A DNA stretch of 64,000 nucleotides from a virus. Each line of letters opens with the position of its first letter. The stretch's first letter is position 1. The notes under the pieces are model-generated. The model was given only the letters and a program-made list of their open reading frames with translations. It made no database searches and had not been told where the DNA came from. The stretch spans positions 1-64,000 of the IMG/VR virus record IMGVR_UViG_3300028840_002185, one strand, 5' to 3'. Made by a program: the position numbers and the translations under genes. Positions 56,300 to 63,218 of the stretch are shown in pieces.

Positions 56300-56313
56300 C
56301 AATTGATCAATTG
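56300..56313. repeat. perfect 14-bp palindrome CAATTGATCAATTG
   Basis: Read directly. It equals its own reverse complement and contains two CAATTG sites around a GATC. Confidence 0.9.
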
Positions 56314-56363
56314 ATTATACTTGGATAATATCAATCAATCAATTGCCTTTATTGCCTTGATCC

Positions 56364-56702
56364 CTAAAGATCAATACTTGGATCAAGATCATAATTGCCT
56401 TGATCATATGCAATTGATGAAATATAGCTTGACATTATATCCAGTATACCTTGATCAATACCTTGATCATTAATTGGCAGGATCTTAATATTATGATCAT
56501 TAAATGATCTAATGTCATATGCAATAAATAAATAATAGCTTAACTGGTTTATGGTATCTTTTCCTATATCCTTTAAAAGATAAAAATCAATTATACCGTC
56601 AAACTGTATCAATGCTATATATTCAAATGATCCATTATTCATTAATTCATTGATAAAAGATAGTTGTTTTATATTATCGAAAGATATTTCATTATATATC
56701 AT
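56364..56702 (-). CDS. hypothetical protein (112 aa) downstream of the RHH gene
   Basis: ORF with AAAGAAAGGA RBS inside a duplicated leader. The C-terminal third is encoded by extremely GATC-dense DNA. Confidence 0.5.
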   Translation of the reverse strand: MIYNEISFDNIKQLSFINELMNNGSFEYIALIQFDGIIDFYLLKDIGKDTINQLSYYLFIAYDIRSFNDHNIKILPINDQGIDQGILDIMSSYISSIAYDQGNYDLDPSIDL

Positions 56703-56723
56703 TTGCTTTATGTCCTTTCTTTT

Positions 56724-56930
56724 TTATACCTTAATTTGATTTAAAATGGATCTTAATCTTAAAAGATCCTGCCTGTTAATAGATTGATCCTGTAATGATT
56801 TTAATCGATCAATATGATTATTTATTGCATTAGTGCAAATGGCCGAAACATTGATCCTATAATCTTTCTTGATCCTTTCTAATTTGCTATATGTATCTTG
56901 ATCTATTGATATGTTAATACGCTTGATCAT
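56724..56930 (-). CDS. ribbon-helix-helix (CopG/Arc-like) DNA-binding protein (68 aa)
   Basis: MIKRINISIDQDTYSKLERIKKDYRINVSAICTNAINNHI fits a beta-strand, helix, helix RHH layout. Confidence 0.6.
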   Translation of the reverse strand: MIKRINISIDQDTYSKLERIKKDYRINVSAICTNAINNHIDRLKSLQDQSINRQDLLRLRSILNQIKV

Positions 56931-56951
56931 TTGCCTTTATATCCTTTCTTT

Positions 56952-56980
56952 TTTATACCTTGATCATTGCCATTGATCAA
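56952..56980 (-). promoter_or_regulatory. candidate promoter for the RHH gene
   Basis: On the minus strand TTGATC (rc of 56975-56980), a 17-nt spacer, then TATAAA (rc of 56952-56957). The -10 lies inside the duplicated leader. Confidence 0.3.
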
Positions 56981-57006
56981 GAAAGATCATTGCATATATA
57001 AGCAAT

Positions 57007-57043
57007 AAGGCAGGATCTTAATCAATTTAAAAGATCCTGCCTT
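57007..57043 (-). terminator. perfect 13-bp hairpin after the 377-aa gene (terminator or operator)
   Basis: AAGGCAGGATCTT (57007-57019) pairs with AAGATCCTGCCTT (57031-57043) across an 11-nt loop. The U-tract is weak. Both arms are copies of the GGCAGGATCTT motif. Confidence 0.5.
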
Positions 57044-57061
57044 TCTATTGCCTATTGGATA

Positions 57062-58195
57062 TTAAATAAAATTAGTATTATTTAAATATTCCATAAATTC
57101 GTCAATATGACTTACTTTCACCTTATCAAGATCATTGCAATGATCTTGCAAGTGTTCAATTATCAATCCCTTGGTGGTGTCTGTCAATTTTTCTGCCTTA
57201 ATCAATGAAACAATTTCGGCTATAATAGGTTTATCGACTTGCAATAAATTTGCCCAGTATTCAAAATCCTTAACTATAGTCGGATTTTTAGATTGATCAA
57301 GTTTATTAGATCCTTTTATTAGATCAAGATCCTTTCCTGTTTTGATCAAGCTATCTATTGCCAATTTCATGCTATTGGGTGCAAAAAGCATTGAGTTATT
57401 ATCGGCCCGGTATGATTGCCAAATGGCCCTACAGGATTGATCTATTGTATCACCATTGCTAAAATCAATCCCATTGATAAAAAAGATGAATTCAGGCAAT
57501 TGATCGGCCTTTCCAGATTTTGCAAATTTATGATTAAAATAGCCTTTGAAGTGTTCATAGATCCCTTGATATGTATCTTGATCAATGGATTGATCAGTTA
57601 AAAAAGATCCTTTATTATTTGCCTTTCTGGTAATTACTTTTTGATTATTAATGGCAGGATCTTTTTTATCTGTCTTGGCTGTATTAATCGATTTTGCATG
57701 TAATGCATTAATGGCATTAAGGCAGGATTTTTGATCTTTTCCGATAATGGCAATCAATGAATTATTTTCATAAATGCATTTTGAAAGATCCTTAATATCG
57801 TTTATTAGATCCTGGATTAATACCGATTGATCATTTATGGTCTGTCTCAATGTTTCCACTTCAGCAAATTTATTCAAATTAAGATCAGATTTTTCATTAA
57901 ATGATTTTTCTTTAACCTTATCTTTTAATGATACCGCATTAATAGGTTTTGCATTGCCATTGCCAGAATTAATTGCTTGTAATTTTTCTTTTATTCCCAT
58001 TGTAATTTTATTCCTTTCTTTTAATTGATTTATTCCGAATTCGGTCGGATTGAATAATGTTACCATCTTAAAAGTATTATCATTTATTCGATAATATCTT
58101 TTAATTGAAAGGCAATCGATCCGATTATCAAAATAAGGATAATCGGATTTTAAAAGATCCTGCCTTTCATCATTTGCCGATAAATAATTTGCCAT
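57062..58195 (-). CDS. hypothetical protein (377 aa; 395 aa if started at 58249)
   Basis: I prefer ATG 58195 (MANYLSAN...). It is preceded by CACTTAAAAGGAAAGGA, a leader also found before the neighbouring 54-aa gene. The track start at 58249 has no RBS. Confidence 0.6.
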   Translation of the reverse strand: MANYLSANDERQDLLKSDYPYFDNRIDCLSIKRYYRINDNTFKMVTLFNPTEFGINQLKERNKITMGIKEKLQAINSGNGNAKPINAVSLKDKVKEKSFNEKSDLNLNKFAEVETLRQTINDQSVLIQDLINDIKDLSKCIYENNSLIAIIGKDQKSCLNAINALHAKSINTAKTDKKDPAINNQKVITRKANNKGSFLTDQSIDQDTYQGIYEHFKGYFNHKFAKSGKADQLPEFIFFINGIDFSNGDTIDQSCRAIWQSYRADNNSMLFAPNSMKLAIDSLIKTGKDLDLIKGSNKLDQSKNPTIVKDFEYWANLLQVDKPIIAEIVSLIKAEKLTDTTKGLIIEHLQDHCNDLDKVKVSHIDEFMEYLNNTNFI

Positions 58196-58252
58196 AAATT
58201 TTTCCTTTCCTTTTAAGTGGTTTTTGTTTGTGTTGCTTTCCATTGCCATTGC

Positions 58253-58417
58253 CTATTTATTCAAATTGTCAATTGCTTTCTGTATTTCAAAGGATTTTGC
58301 TTTTATGTGGCTTATTTCAACCGTCAAAAATCCCTTGCTATTGTAAAGGTAATTAATGCAAAAAATCATTGCAATGATCAAGATCCCATAAAAAATAATC
58401 CCTTTTAATTTTTCCAT
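58253..58417 (-). CDS. 54-aa membrane protein (MEKLKGIIFYGILIIAMIFCINYLYN...)
   Basis: Below the track cut-off. I translated it fully with no stops. GAAAGGA RBS. First gene after the leftward promoter. Confidence 0.55.
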   Translation of the reverse strand: MEKLKGIIFYGILIIAMIFCINYLYNSKGFLTVEISHIKAKSFEIQKAIDNLNK

Positions 58418-58470
58418 TTTTTAATCCTTTCTTTTAAGTGTTTTTGATGATTGCCTCGACTTTCACCTAT

Positions 58471-58499
58471 AATATATATCAAGCAATATATAATGTCAA
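58471..58499 (-). promoter_or_regulatory. sigma70-type promoter, leftward
   Basis: On the minus strand TTGACA (rc of 58494-58499), a 17-nt spacer, then TATATT (rc of 58471-58476). Confidence 0.6.
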
Positions 58500-58729
58500 G
58501 CAAATAATGCAATGATTGATTATTTTTTTAAAAAAAATATCAATCAATCAAATAATATAATAATATCAATCAATTGTATATTAAAAAAATATTAATTATT
58601 TTGTATCAATTGCCCTTATCTTATAATTGATTATTTTATATTGCAATTAATTTGATTAAATTTAATAATCAATTGAAATTTATTTTTTTAATATCCTGTA
58701 AATATTTGATATTATTAGTTTTTATCAGT

Positions 58730-58758
58730 TTGACATATACTATTTAATATGAGATAAT
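58730..58758 (+). promoter_or_regulatory. sigma70-type promoter with extended -10, rightward
   Basis: TTGACA 58730-58735, a 17-nt spacer ending in TGa, then GATAAT 58753-58758. Confidence 0.6.
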
Positions 58759-58779
58759 ACGTTATAACATATTGAATTA

Positions 58780-58803
58780 ATTGAATTAATCAATTAATTC
58801 AAT
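58780..58803. promoter_or_regulatory. operator-like inverted repeat just downstream of the rightward promoter
   Basis: ATTGAATTAAT (58780-58790), spacer CA, then ATTAATTCAAT (58793-58803): 11-bp arms that are exact reverse complements. Confidence 0.5.
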
Positions 58804-58993
58804 TCAATTGATTGACCAGACCGGAGAGGATCTGATCGATCAATTGATCAATCGCATCAAGCGTCCAGGTATAAGACGCCTTATATATAATCGATTGAAA
58901 CGAATCAATTACTACAATATTAATCACTCCAAAAATTTTGATTCATTTTCAATTAAAACCAAAACCAATCAATCAAATGAAAGGATCAGTACA

Positions 58994-59824
58994 ATGAAAA
59001 AGAATCACATCTTCAATCAATCAACTGGCAAATGTTTTTGTGGAATCGATCACACCAATCAATTGATAGCTTTCGATCATGAAGGCGATTGGTTTGATTC
59101 AAATGTCAATCCTATTGACAATTCCAATTATCAATCCGTATTGTGCATCAATTGCATGAAACAATTCGATGTTGATTTGATTGATAAATTCCAAATGGAT
59201 GCTTTCCTTATTGATTATGGCAATCGAATTCCAAATGGCAAAAGGGCAATGGCATTCTTTAAAAGGCAAGCCCAATTGAAACGTAAATCAATTGATCGAT
59301 CTGTACCTATTATAAAGGCCGATAAAAAACCTTCCGAATCAAAACCTACCAATCAATCAAAAGACAAGCCAATTAAATCCGATAAAGGCAAGGCAAGAGC
59401 CGAAAGAAAAAAGGCCAATCAATTGAAAAAGACCAATCAATCAAAAAAGGCCGATGACAAATGCAAGGTAATTGCCAAACCGACCAATCAATCAAAAGAC
59501 AAGCCAATTAAAACCGATGATAAATCAATCGATCAGAAAATTAATGATCGCAAGCCATTGATTGATTTGTCCAATGGCCCTGTTGTAATTGAAACTATCG
59601 ATCCAAATGACGATTGGACAATTGGTGATCCAATCAATGACGATACGATATTTGAATTGACAATTGGCAATGATTGGAAATTGATTAGACATGACAAAAA
59701 GCTCAATCAATGGAAGTTTGTCAATCGGCAAGTAGTCAAAGGCATTCCCAAATGGATCGATGATTCGGAATTCATTGATTACAATGAAGCAAGCCAATTG
59801 ATTATTGATGGCTATTGCGAATAA
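58994..59824 (+). CDS. hypothetical protein with an N-terminal Cys motif and a basic KPTNQSKDKPIK repeat region (276 aa)
   Basis: ATG 58994 preceded by the conserved AATCAAATGAAAGGA element. The track's TTG start at 58808 would make the 5' leader coding. Confidence 0.6.
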   Translation: MKKNHIFNQSTGKCFCGIDHTNQLIAFDHEGDWFDSNVNPIDNSNYQSVLCINCMKQFDVDLIDKFQMDAFLIDYGNRIPNGKRAMAFFKRQAQLKRKSIDRSVPIIKADKKPSESKPTNQSKDKPIKSDKGKARAERKKANQLKKTNQSKKADDKCKVIAKPTNQSKDKPIKTDDKSIDQKINDRKPLIDLSNGPVVIETIDPNDDWTIGDPINDDTIFELTIGNDWKLIRHDKKLNQWKFVNRQVVKGIPKWIDDSEFIDYNEASQLIIDGYCE

Positions 59825-59839
59825 TCAATCACACCCTAT

Positions 59840-59886
59840 TCCAGAACCCTATTCCAGAACTCAATTGATTGATCCTAATCCAGAAC
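59840..59886 (+). repeat. three TCCAGAAC copies in one intergenic spacer
   Basis: TCCAGAAC at 59840-59847, 59853-59860 and 59879-59886, in the contexts CTATTCCAGAACC, CTATTCCAGAACT and CTAATCCAGAACT. Confidence 0.85.
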
Positions 59887-59921
59887 TCCGATTGGGATCA
59901 ATCAGAAAGGATTAATCAATC

Positions 59922-60134
59922 ATGCCGAAATACCAATTACAAATGTTAATGAAAGACGAGCCAATCATTGATGCAATTGAAAGAAAATCATTTGAAATGG
60001 AAACAGGGATTTCATTCAATCAATACGATGCTTGGCTTGAAAAAAAGCGATCAATTGGCAAAAAGAAACTCAATCGAATTGATAGGCGTGAAAGACGATT
60101 GGCAATCAAAAAGAAAATGAAAGGAATCAATTAA
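59922..60134 (+). CDS. hypothetical basic protein (70 aa)
   Basis: ATCAATCAGAAAGGATTAATCAATC precedes the ATG. Confidence 0.6.
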   Translation: MPKYQLQMLMKDEPIIDAIERKSFEMETGISFNQYDAWLEKKRSIGKKKLNRIDRRERRLAIKKKMKGIN

Positions 60135-60136
60135 TC

Positions 60137-60424
60137 ATGGCAAAAGAATGGATCATTCATTTTGAAGTAATTGCAATCAATGTAATTCCACATTCATTCC
60201 CATTGGATATGCTTAGATTCGATCATTGCTATCCAAGCAATGATGATTCAATTAGTGAAATACTTGAATCATTGGATCAATTGGGATCTGCAATTGATTA
60301 TGAGCCAAAACCTATTAGATTGACTTGCCTATCACATGGTAATCGCAATTGGAAACCGAATGAAAGACGATGGCAATCATTTGGCTATCGAGTAATTAAA
60401 ATCGATCAACCCTATTCCGTTTAA
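60137..60424 (+). CDS. hypothetical protein (95 aa)
   Basis: AATGAAAGGAATCAATTAATC precedes the ATG. Confidence 0.6.
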   Translation: MAKEWIIHFEVIAINVIPHSFPLDMLRFDHCYPSNDDSISEILESLDQLGSAIDYEPKPIRLTCLSHGNRNWKPNERRWQSFGYRVIKIDQPYSV

Positions 60425-60452
60425 TCAATCAATGAAAGGAGATCAATCATTT

Positions 60453-60677
60453 ATGTATGAAATCACTATTCAAATGGTTATTCAATTAATCGCAAAAGTC
60501 AAAGGCATTACCCTTCCAATCAATGAATGCTTATTGCCATTTGGCTGCAAACTATGCAATCACAATCAAAAGTTTTATATCAAACATTATGCTTACGATC
60601 AATCGGATCTGAAACAATTGATTGATCGATTTCCTTTCCTGCACAATCCAAAATCTAATCCATTGCACAATATTTAA
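60453..60677 (+). CDS. hypothetical protein (74 aa)
   Basis: AATCAATCAATGAAAGGAGATCAATCATTT precedes ATG 60453. The track start at 60432 is the ATG inside the conserved element. Confidence 0.55.
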   Translation: MYEITIQMVIQLIAKVKGITLPINECLLPFGCKLCNHNQKFYIKHYAYDQSDLKQLIDRFPFLHNPKSNPLHNI

Positions 60678-60695
60678 TCAATTAACAATTTAATT

Positions 60696-60736
60696 GGAAT
60701 CCCTATTGCAGAGCAGTAATTGCAATTAGGGATTCC
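60696..60736 (+). terminator. strong hairpin (15-bp stem with one bulge) after the 60453 gene
   Basis: GGAATCCCTATTGCA (60696-60710) pairs with TGCAATTAGGGATTCC (60721-60736). There is no clear U-tract. Confidence 0.45.
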
Positions 60737-60759
60737 TGCATTCAAAGGATCTGATCCCA

Positions 60760-60855
60760 ATGGATAAATTCCCAATTGTCATTGGATTTTTGCTATCGGT
60801 TTTACTATTGGCTATACTTTACCCTTACCTATTAATCCTGATTGCTTCTCATTGA
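60760..60855 (+). CDS. 31-aa hydrophobic peptide (MDKFPIVIGFLLSVLLLAILYPYLLILIASH)
   Basis: Below the track cut-off. AAAGGA lies 12 nt upstream. Single TM segment. Confidence 0.35.
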   Translation: MDKFPIVIGFLLSVLLLAILYPYLLILIASH

Positions 60856-60896
60856 AATAAGGCAATCACTAAATCAATTGAAAGGAGATTAAATCA

Positions 60897-61100
60897 ATGG
60901 CTATCGACATTAAAGAATTGCACAATCAATTGGACATGGTAAAAACCAGATCAATGTCAATTGCTTCAATGATTCAAGATTTTGAAGTACATCGATTGAA
61001 TGATTCGGATGAAGTGACCGAATTATTGAATGATTGCGAAGGCGATCTGAATGCTTTGCAGATCCATTTAGAATCAGCATGGGAAGCAATGGGTGATTAA
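60897..61100 (+). CDS. hypothetical acidic protein (67 aa)
   Basis: AATCAATTGAAAGGAGATTAAATCA precedes the ATG. Confidence 0.6.
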   Translation: MAIDIKELHNQLDMVKTRSMSIASMIQDFEVHRLNDSDEVTELLNDCEGDLNALQIHLESAWEAMGD

Positions 61101-61191
61101 TTAAAACCGGAAATCGATTGCCTTATGGTAATTAGGCTAATCAATTGCTACAAGGCAATCGAATCCAAAATCAATGAAAGGAATTAAAATT

Positions 61192-61623
61192 ATGACTGAA
61201 GCAATTACTTTAAGGACGCATGGATTGACAATTGACGATTTAATGAATGCTTGGCAATTGGATCGAAAGCAGGTGCAATTGATCCGCAAGGTGATATATG
61301 ATCCAGATCTCGATCTCAATCAATTCAAATCGGTACGCAATCGAATTAAAGAATGCTATAATCCACCTGATCGAATCAATTGCCAATTGACAGCAATCAA
61401 CGAATTGATCGATGGATTCGGAGTTGAATCAATTGAAGTATCTTCAGATCTATTTCAGGATCGCTATTATTGGAATTCAATTGGATTGTATGTCAATCAA
61501 GGTGATACATACCTATTGACTGTTGTTTACAATACAGTTGATCGATTGTTTGAATTAACGTCATGGGGCGATTATTACGAATCAATGGAAAATCGATTGC
61601 AATTGGATGCTACAGATTATTAA
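61192..61623 (+). CDS. hypothetical protein (143 aa)
   Basis: AATCAATGAAAGGAATTAAAATT precedes ATG 61192. The track start at 61174 is inside the conserved element. Confidence 0.6.
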   Translation: MTEAITLRTHGLTIDDLMNAWQLDRKQVQLIRKVIYDPDLDLNQFKSVRNRIKECYNPPDRINCQLTAINELIDGFGVESIEVSSDLFQDRYYWNSIGLYVNQGDTYLLTVVYNTVDRLFELTSWGDYYESMENRLQLDATDY

Positions 61624-61653
61624 AAAAAAGTGTAAAAAATTGTAATCGGCCTA

Positions 61654-61682
61654 TTGACAGCGTGAAATACCTATGTTATATT
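61654..61682 (+). promoter_or_regulatory. sigma70-type promoter with extended -10
   Basis: TTGACA 61654-61659, a 17-nt spacer ending in TGt, then TATATT 61677-61682. Confidence 0.55.
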
Positions 61683-61767
61683 GGCATATCATTATCAACA
61701 AAGGCATGGCAGCAGTTTTTTCAATCAATCACAAACTTAATCTAAATCAAATGAAAGGAGTCAATCA

Positions 61768-62640
61768 ATGCAATTAAACTATCACGTCATCAAACAAATT
61801 ATTTCCGATCTGGACAAATCAATTGATCTTCACCGTTTGATCAAAGTACTTTATCCTAATTGCACTTGTAACAATGCTTCCGAATCAATTAAAAAATGTT
61901 TTTTGTGCAAATGCAAAGAAGCAATTGACGATCTCGATTGCTTGAAATCCCACCTTGAGCCAATCTCCAAAAACACTATCAATCATCTTCAATTGATTGA
62001 AGCTGAAGCATTCCGATTTGCTTTGAATGAACATTTATCATTCAATGAATCAGTTAGATGCTATCCTATTTACAATGATCCTAATGCAGACCATAATTCA
62101 GATCCGAAAGATGCTGATTCATTTGCAATTGAATGCACTACTTCTCGATATGCAATGGATGGCAATGGTTATCATGTTGGATATGAGAATGTAACCTATC
62201 AATGGAAAGCAATGAGAAAAAGCGATCTCAATTTAAGAGGTATTCCTTTATTACTTTCCAATTGGGTGATTGATCCTACCAATTATGAGATAATCAAAAA
62301 AGATTTACCTGATAATGAATTGCCTGATCCAGATCATTCACATGATGACGATTGCGAATTCAAAGGCAAAGGATTTGATGATTGCGATTGCGCTGAATAC
62401 TTTGAGGGCTATTGGCAACCAGATGATGACTTCTTTTATCAGGAAATGGAATCAATCATTGACCAATTGAAATATCCTGAAGCAGAATTTGATTCCGATA
62501 AACGTGAATGGCAATTGGGGGAAGTATCATTCAATCTCTTATTTTGTATCAATTGCCCTTATCTTATAGATGAATATCAAAATGATCCTGATTATGCCGA
62601 TGATTGCAATTGTAATTATGGTGAGCCTTTTATTGAATAG
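61768..62640 (+). CDS. hypothetical acidic Cys-rich protein (290 aa)
   Basis: AATCAAATGAAAGGAGTCAATCA precedes the ATG. Confidence 0.65.
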   Translation: MQLNYHVIKQIISDLDKSIDLHRLIKVLYPNCTCNNASESIKKCFLCKCKEAIDDLDCLKSHLEPISKNTINHLQLIEAEAFRFALNEHLSFNESVRCYPIYNDPNADHNSDPKDADSFAIECTTSRYAMDGNGYHVGYENVTYQWKAMRKSDLNLRGIPLLLSNWVIDPTNYEIIKKDLPDNELPDPDHSHDDDCEFKGKGFDDCDCAEYFEGYWQPDDDFFYQEMESIIDQLKYPEAEFDSDKREWQLGEVSFNLLFCINCPYLIDEYQNDPDYADDCNCNYGEPFIE

Positions 62641-62644
62641 GTAA

Positions 62645-62665
62645 TCCAGAACCTTAATTCAGAAC
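62645..62665 (+). repeat. TCCAGAAC plus the TTCAGAAC variant
   Basis: TCCAGAAC at 62645-62652 and TTCAGAAC at 62658-62665, directly after the stop at 62640. Confidence 0.8.
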
Positions 62666-62698
62666 TCAACTAACAATCAATTGAAAGGAGAATCAATT

Positions 62699-63178
62699 AT
62701 GTTTATTCAGCAGCAATGTGGTTGTATCGGTCTATTAATTGAAAATGAATTTGGCTCAAAAGAATTCTACAAGATTATTGATTGTCGTAGAGAAGACAAT
62801 TCAATTGGTTTCTATGAAGATCATGAATCAATGGAATATCGAAGGTATCGGCAATTAAACAATCATGAATTACATGCTATTGTTCGATTGATAGGTCAAA
62901 CAATGGCAGATGCCGATAGGTATGAGGAAGTTCAATTGGCATTGGGAATCACCGGATCGCAATCACAGCAAAAAAGACGTGAAGCAAGAATCAATTGGGA
63001 TCGAGTATGTCAAGAGCAATTGACATTCACTTCATTTAATGAAATTGATACTATCAAAGCATTCCCATTAGATGATCGCAATCAATCGGAAATCGATAAG
63101 GAAACTGATCGATTGCAATTACTCAAAGAACGTGAAAACAAAAAACTCGATCATTGGCCCGATCCATTTAGCAGTTAA
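62699..63178 (+). CDS. hypothetical protein (159 aa)
   Basis: AATCAATTGAAAGGAGAATCAATT precedes ATG 62699. The track's TTG start at 62681 is inside the conserved element. Confidence 0.6.
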   Translation: MFIQQQCGCIGLLIENEFGSKEFYKIIDCRREDNSIGFYEDHESMEYRRYRQLNNHELHAIVRLIGQTMADADRYEEVQLALGITGSQSQQKRREARINWDRVCQEQLTFTSFNEIDTIKAFPLDDRNQSEIDKETDRLQLLKERENKKLDHWPDPFSS

Positions 63179-63186
63179 TCCAGAAC
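63179..63186 (+). repeat. TCCAGAAC copy (TAATCCAGAACT overlapping the stop codon)
   Basis: Read directly. Confidence 0.8.
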
Positions 63187-63218
63187 TCACAATCAATTAA
63201 ATGAAAGGAGATCAATTA

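Noticed and set aside
56252-56345. (CAAT)n/(ATTG)5 tracts as Haemophilus-style phase-variable tetranucleotide repeats.
   Set aside because: The longest run is 5 units and is intergenic. The coding copies are only 2-3 units, too short for efficient slippage. I kept this only as a remote possibility within the junction finding.
58808-58993. TTG-initiated 62-aa N-terminal extension of the 58994 gene, as given in the ORF track.
   Set aside because: It would begin 50 nt after the predicted -10 and run through the operator palindrome and GATC cluster. The ATG at 58994 carries the conserved AATCAAATGAAAGGA initiation element used by the eight following genes.
58994-59824. Multiple N-Q-S sequons (TNQSK) as N-glycosylation sites linked to the phage sugar genes.
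   Set aside because: NQS is simply the translation of the arm-wide DNA word AATCAATCA. There is no evidence for an N-glycosyltransferase (the only GT seen is GT9-like), and the protein has no signal peptide.
60432-62698. Track start codons at 60432, 61174 and 62681.
   Set aside because: Each is the ATG or TTG that forms part of the conserved (A/T)TGAAAGGAG element itself, so it has no SD of its own. The next in-frame ATG, 18-21 nt downstream, is correctly spaced from the SD.
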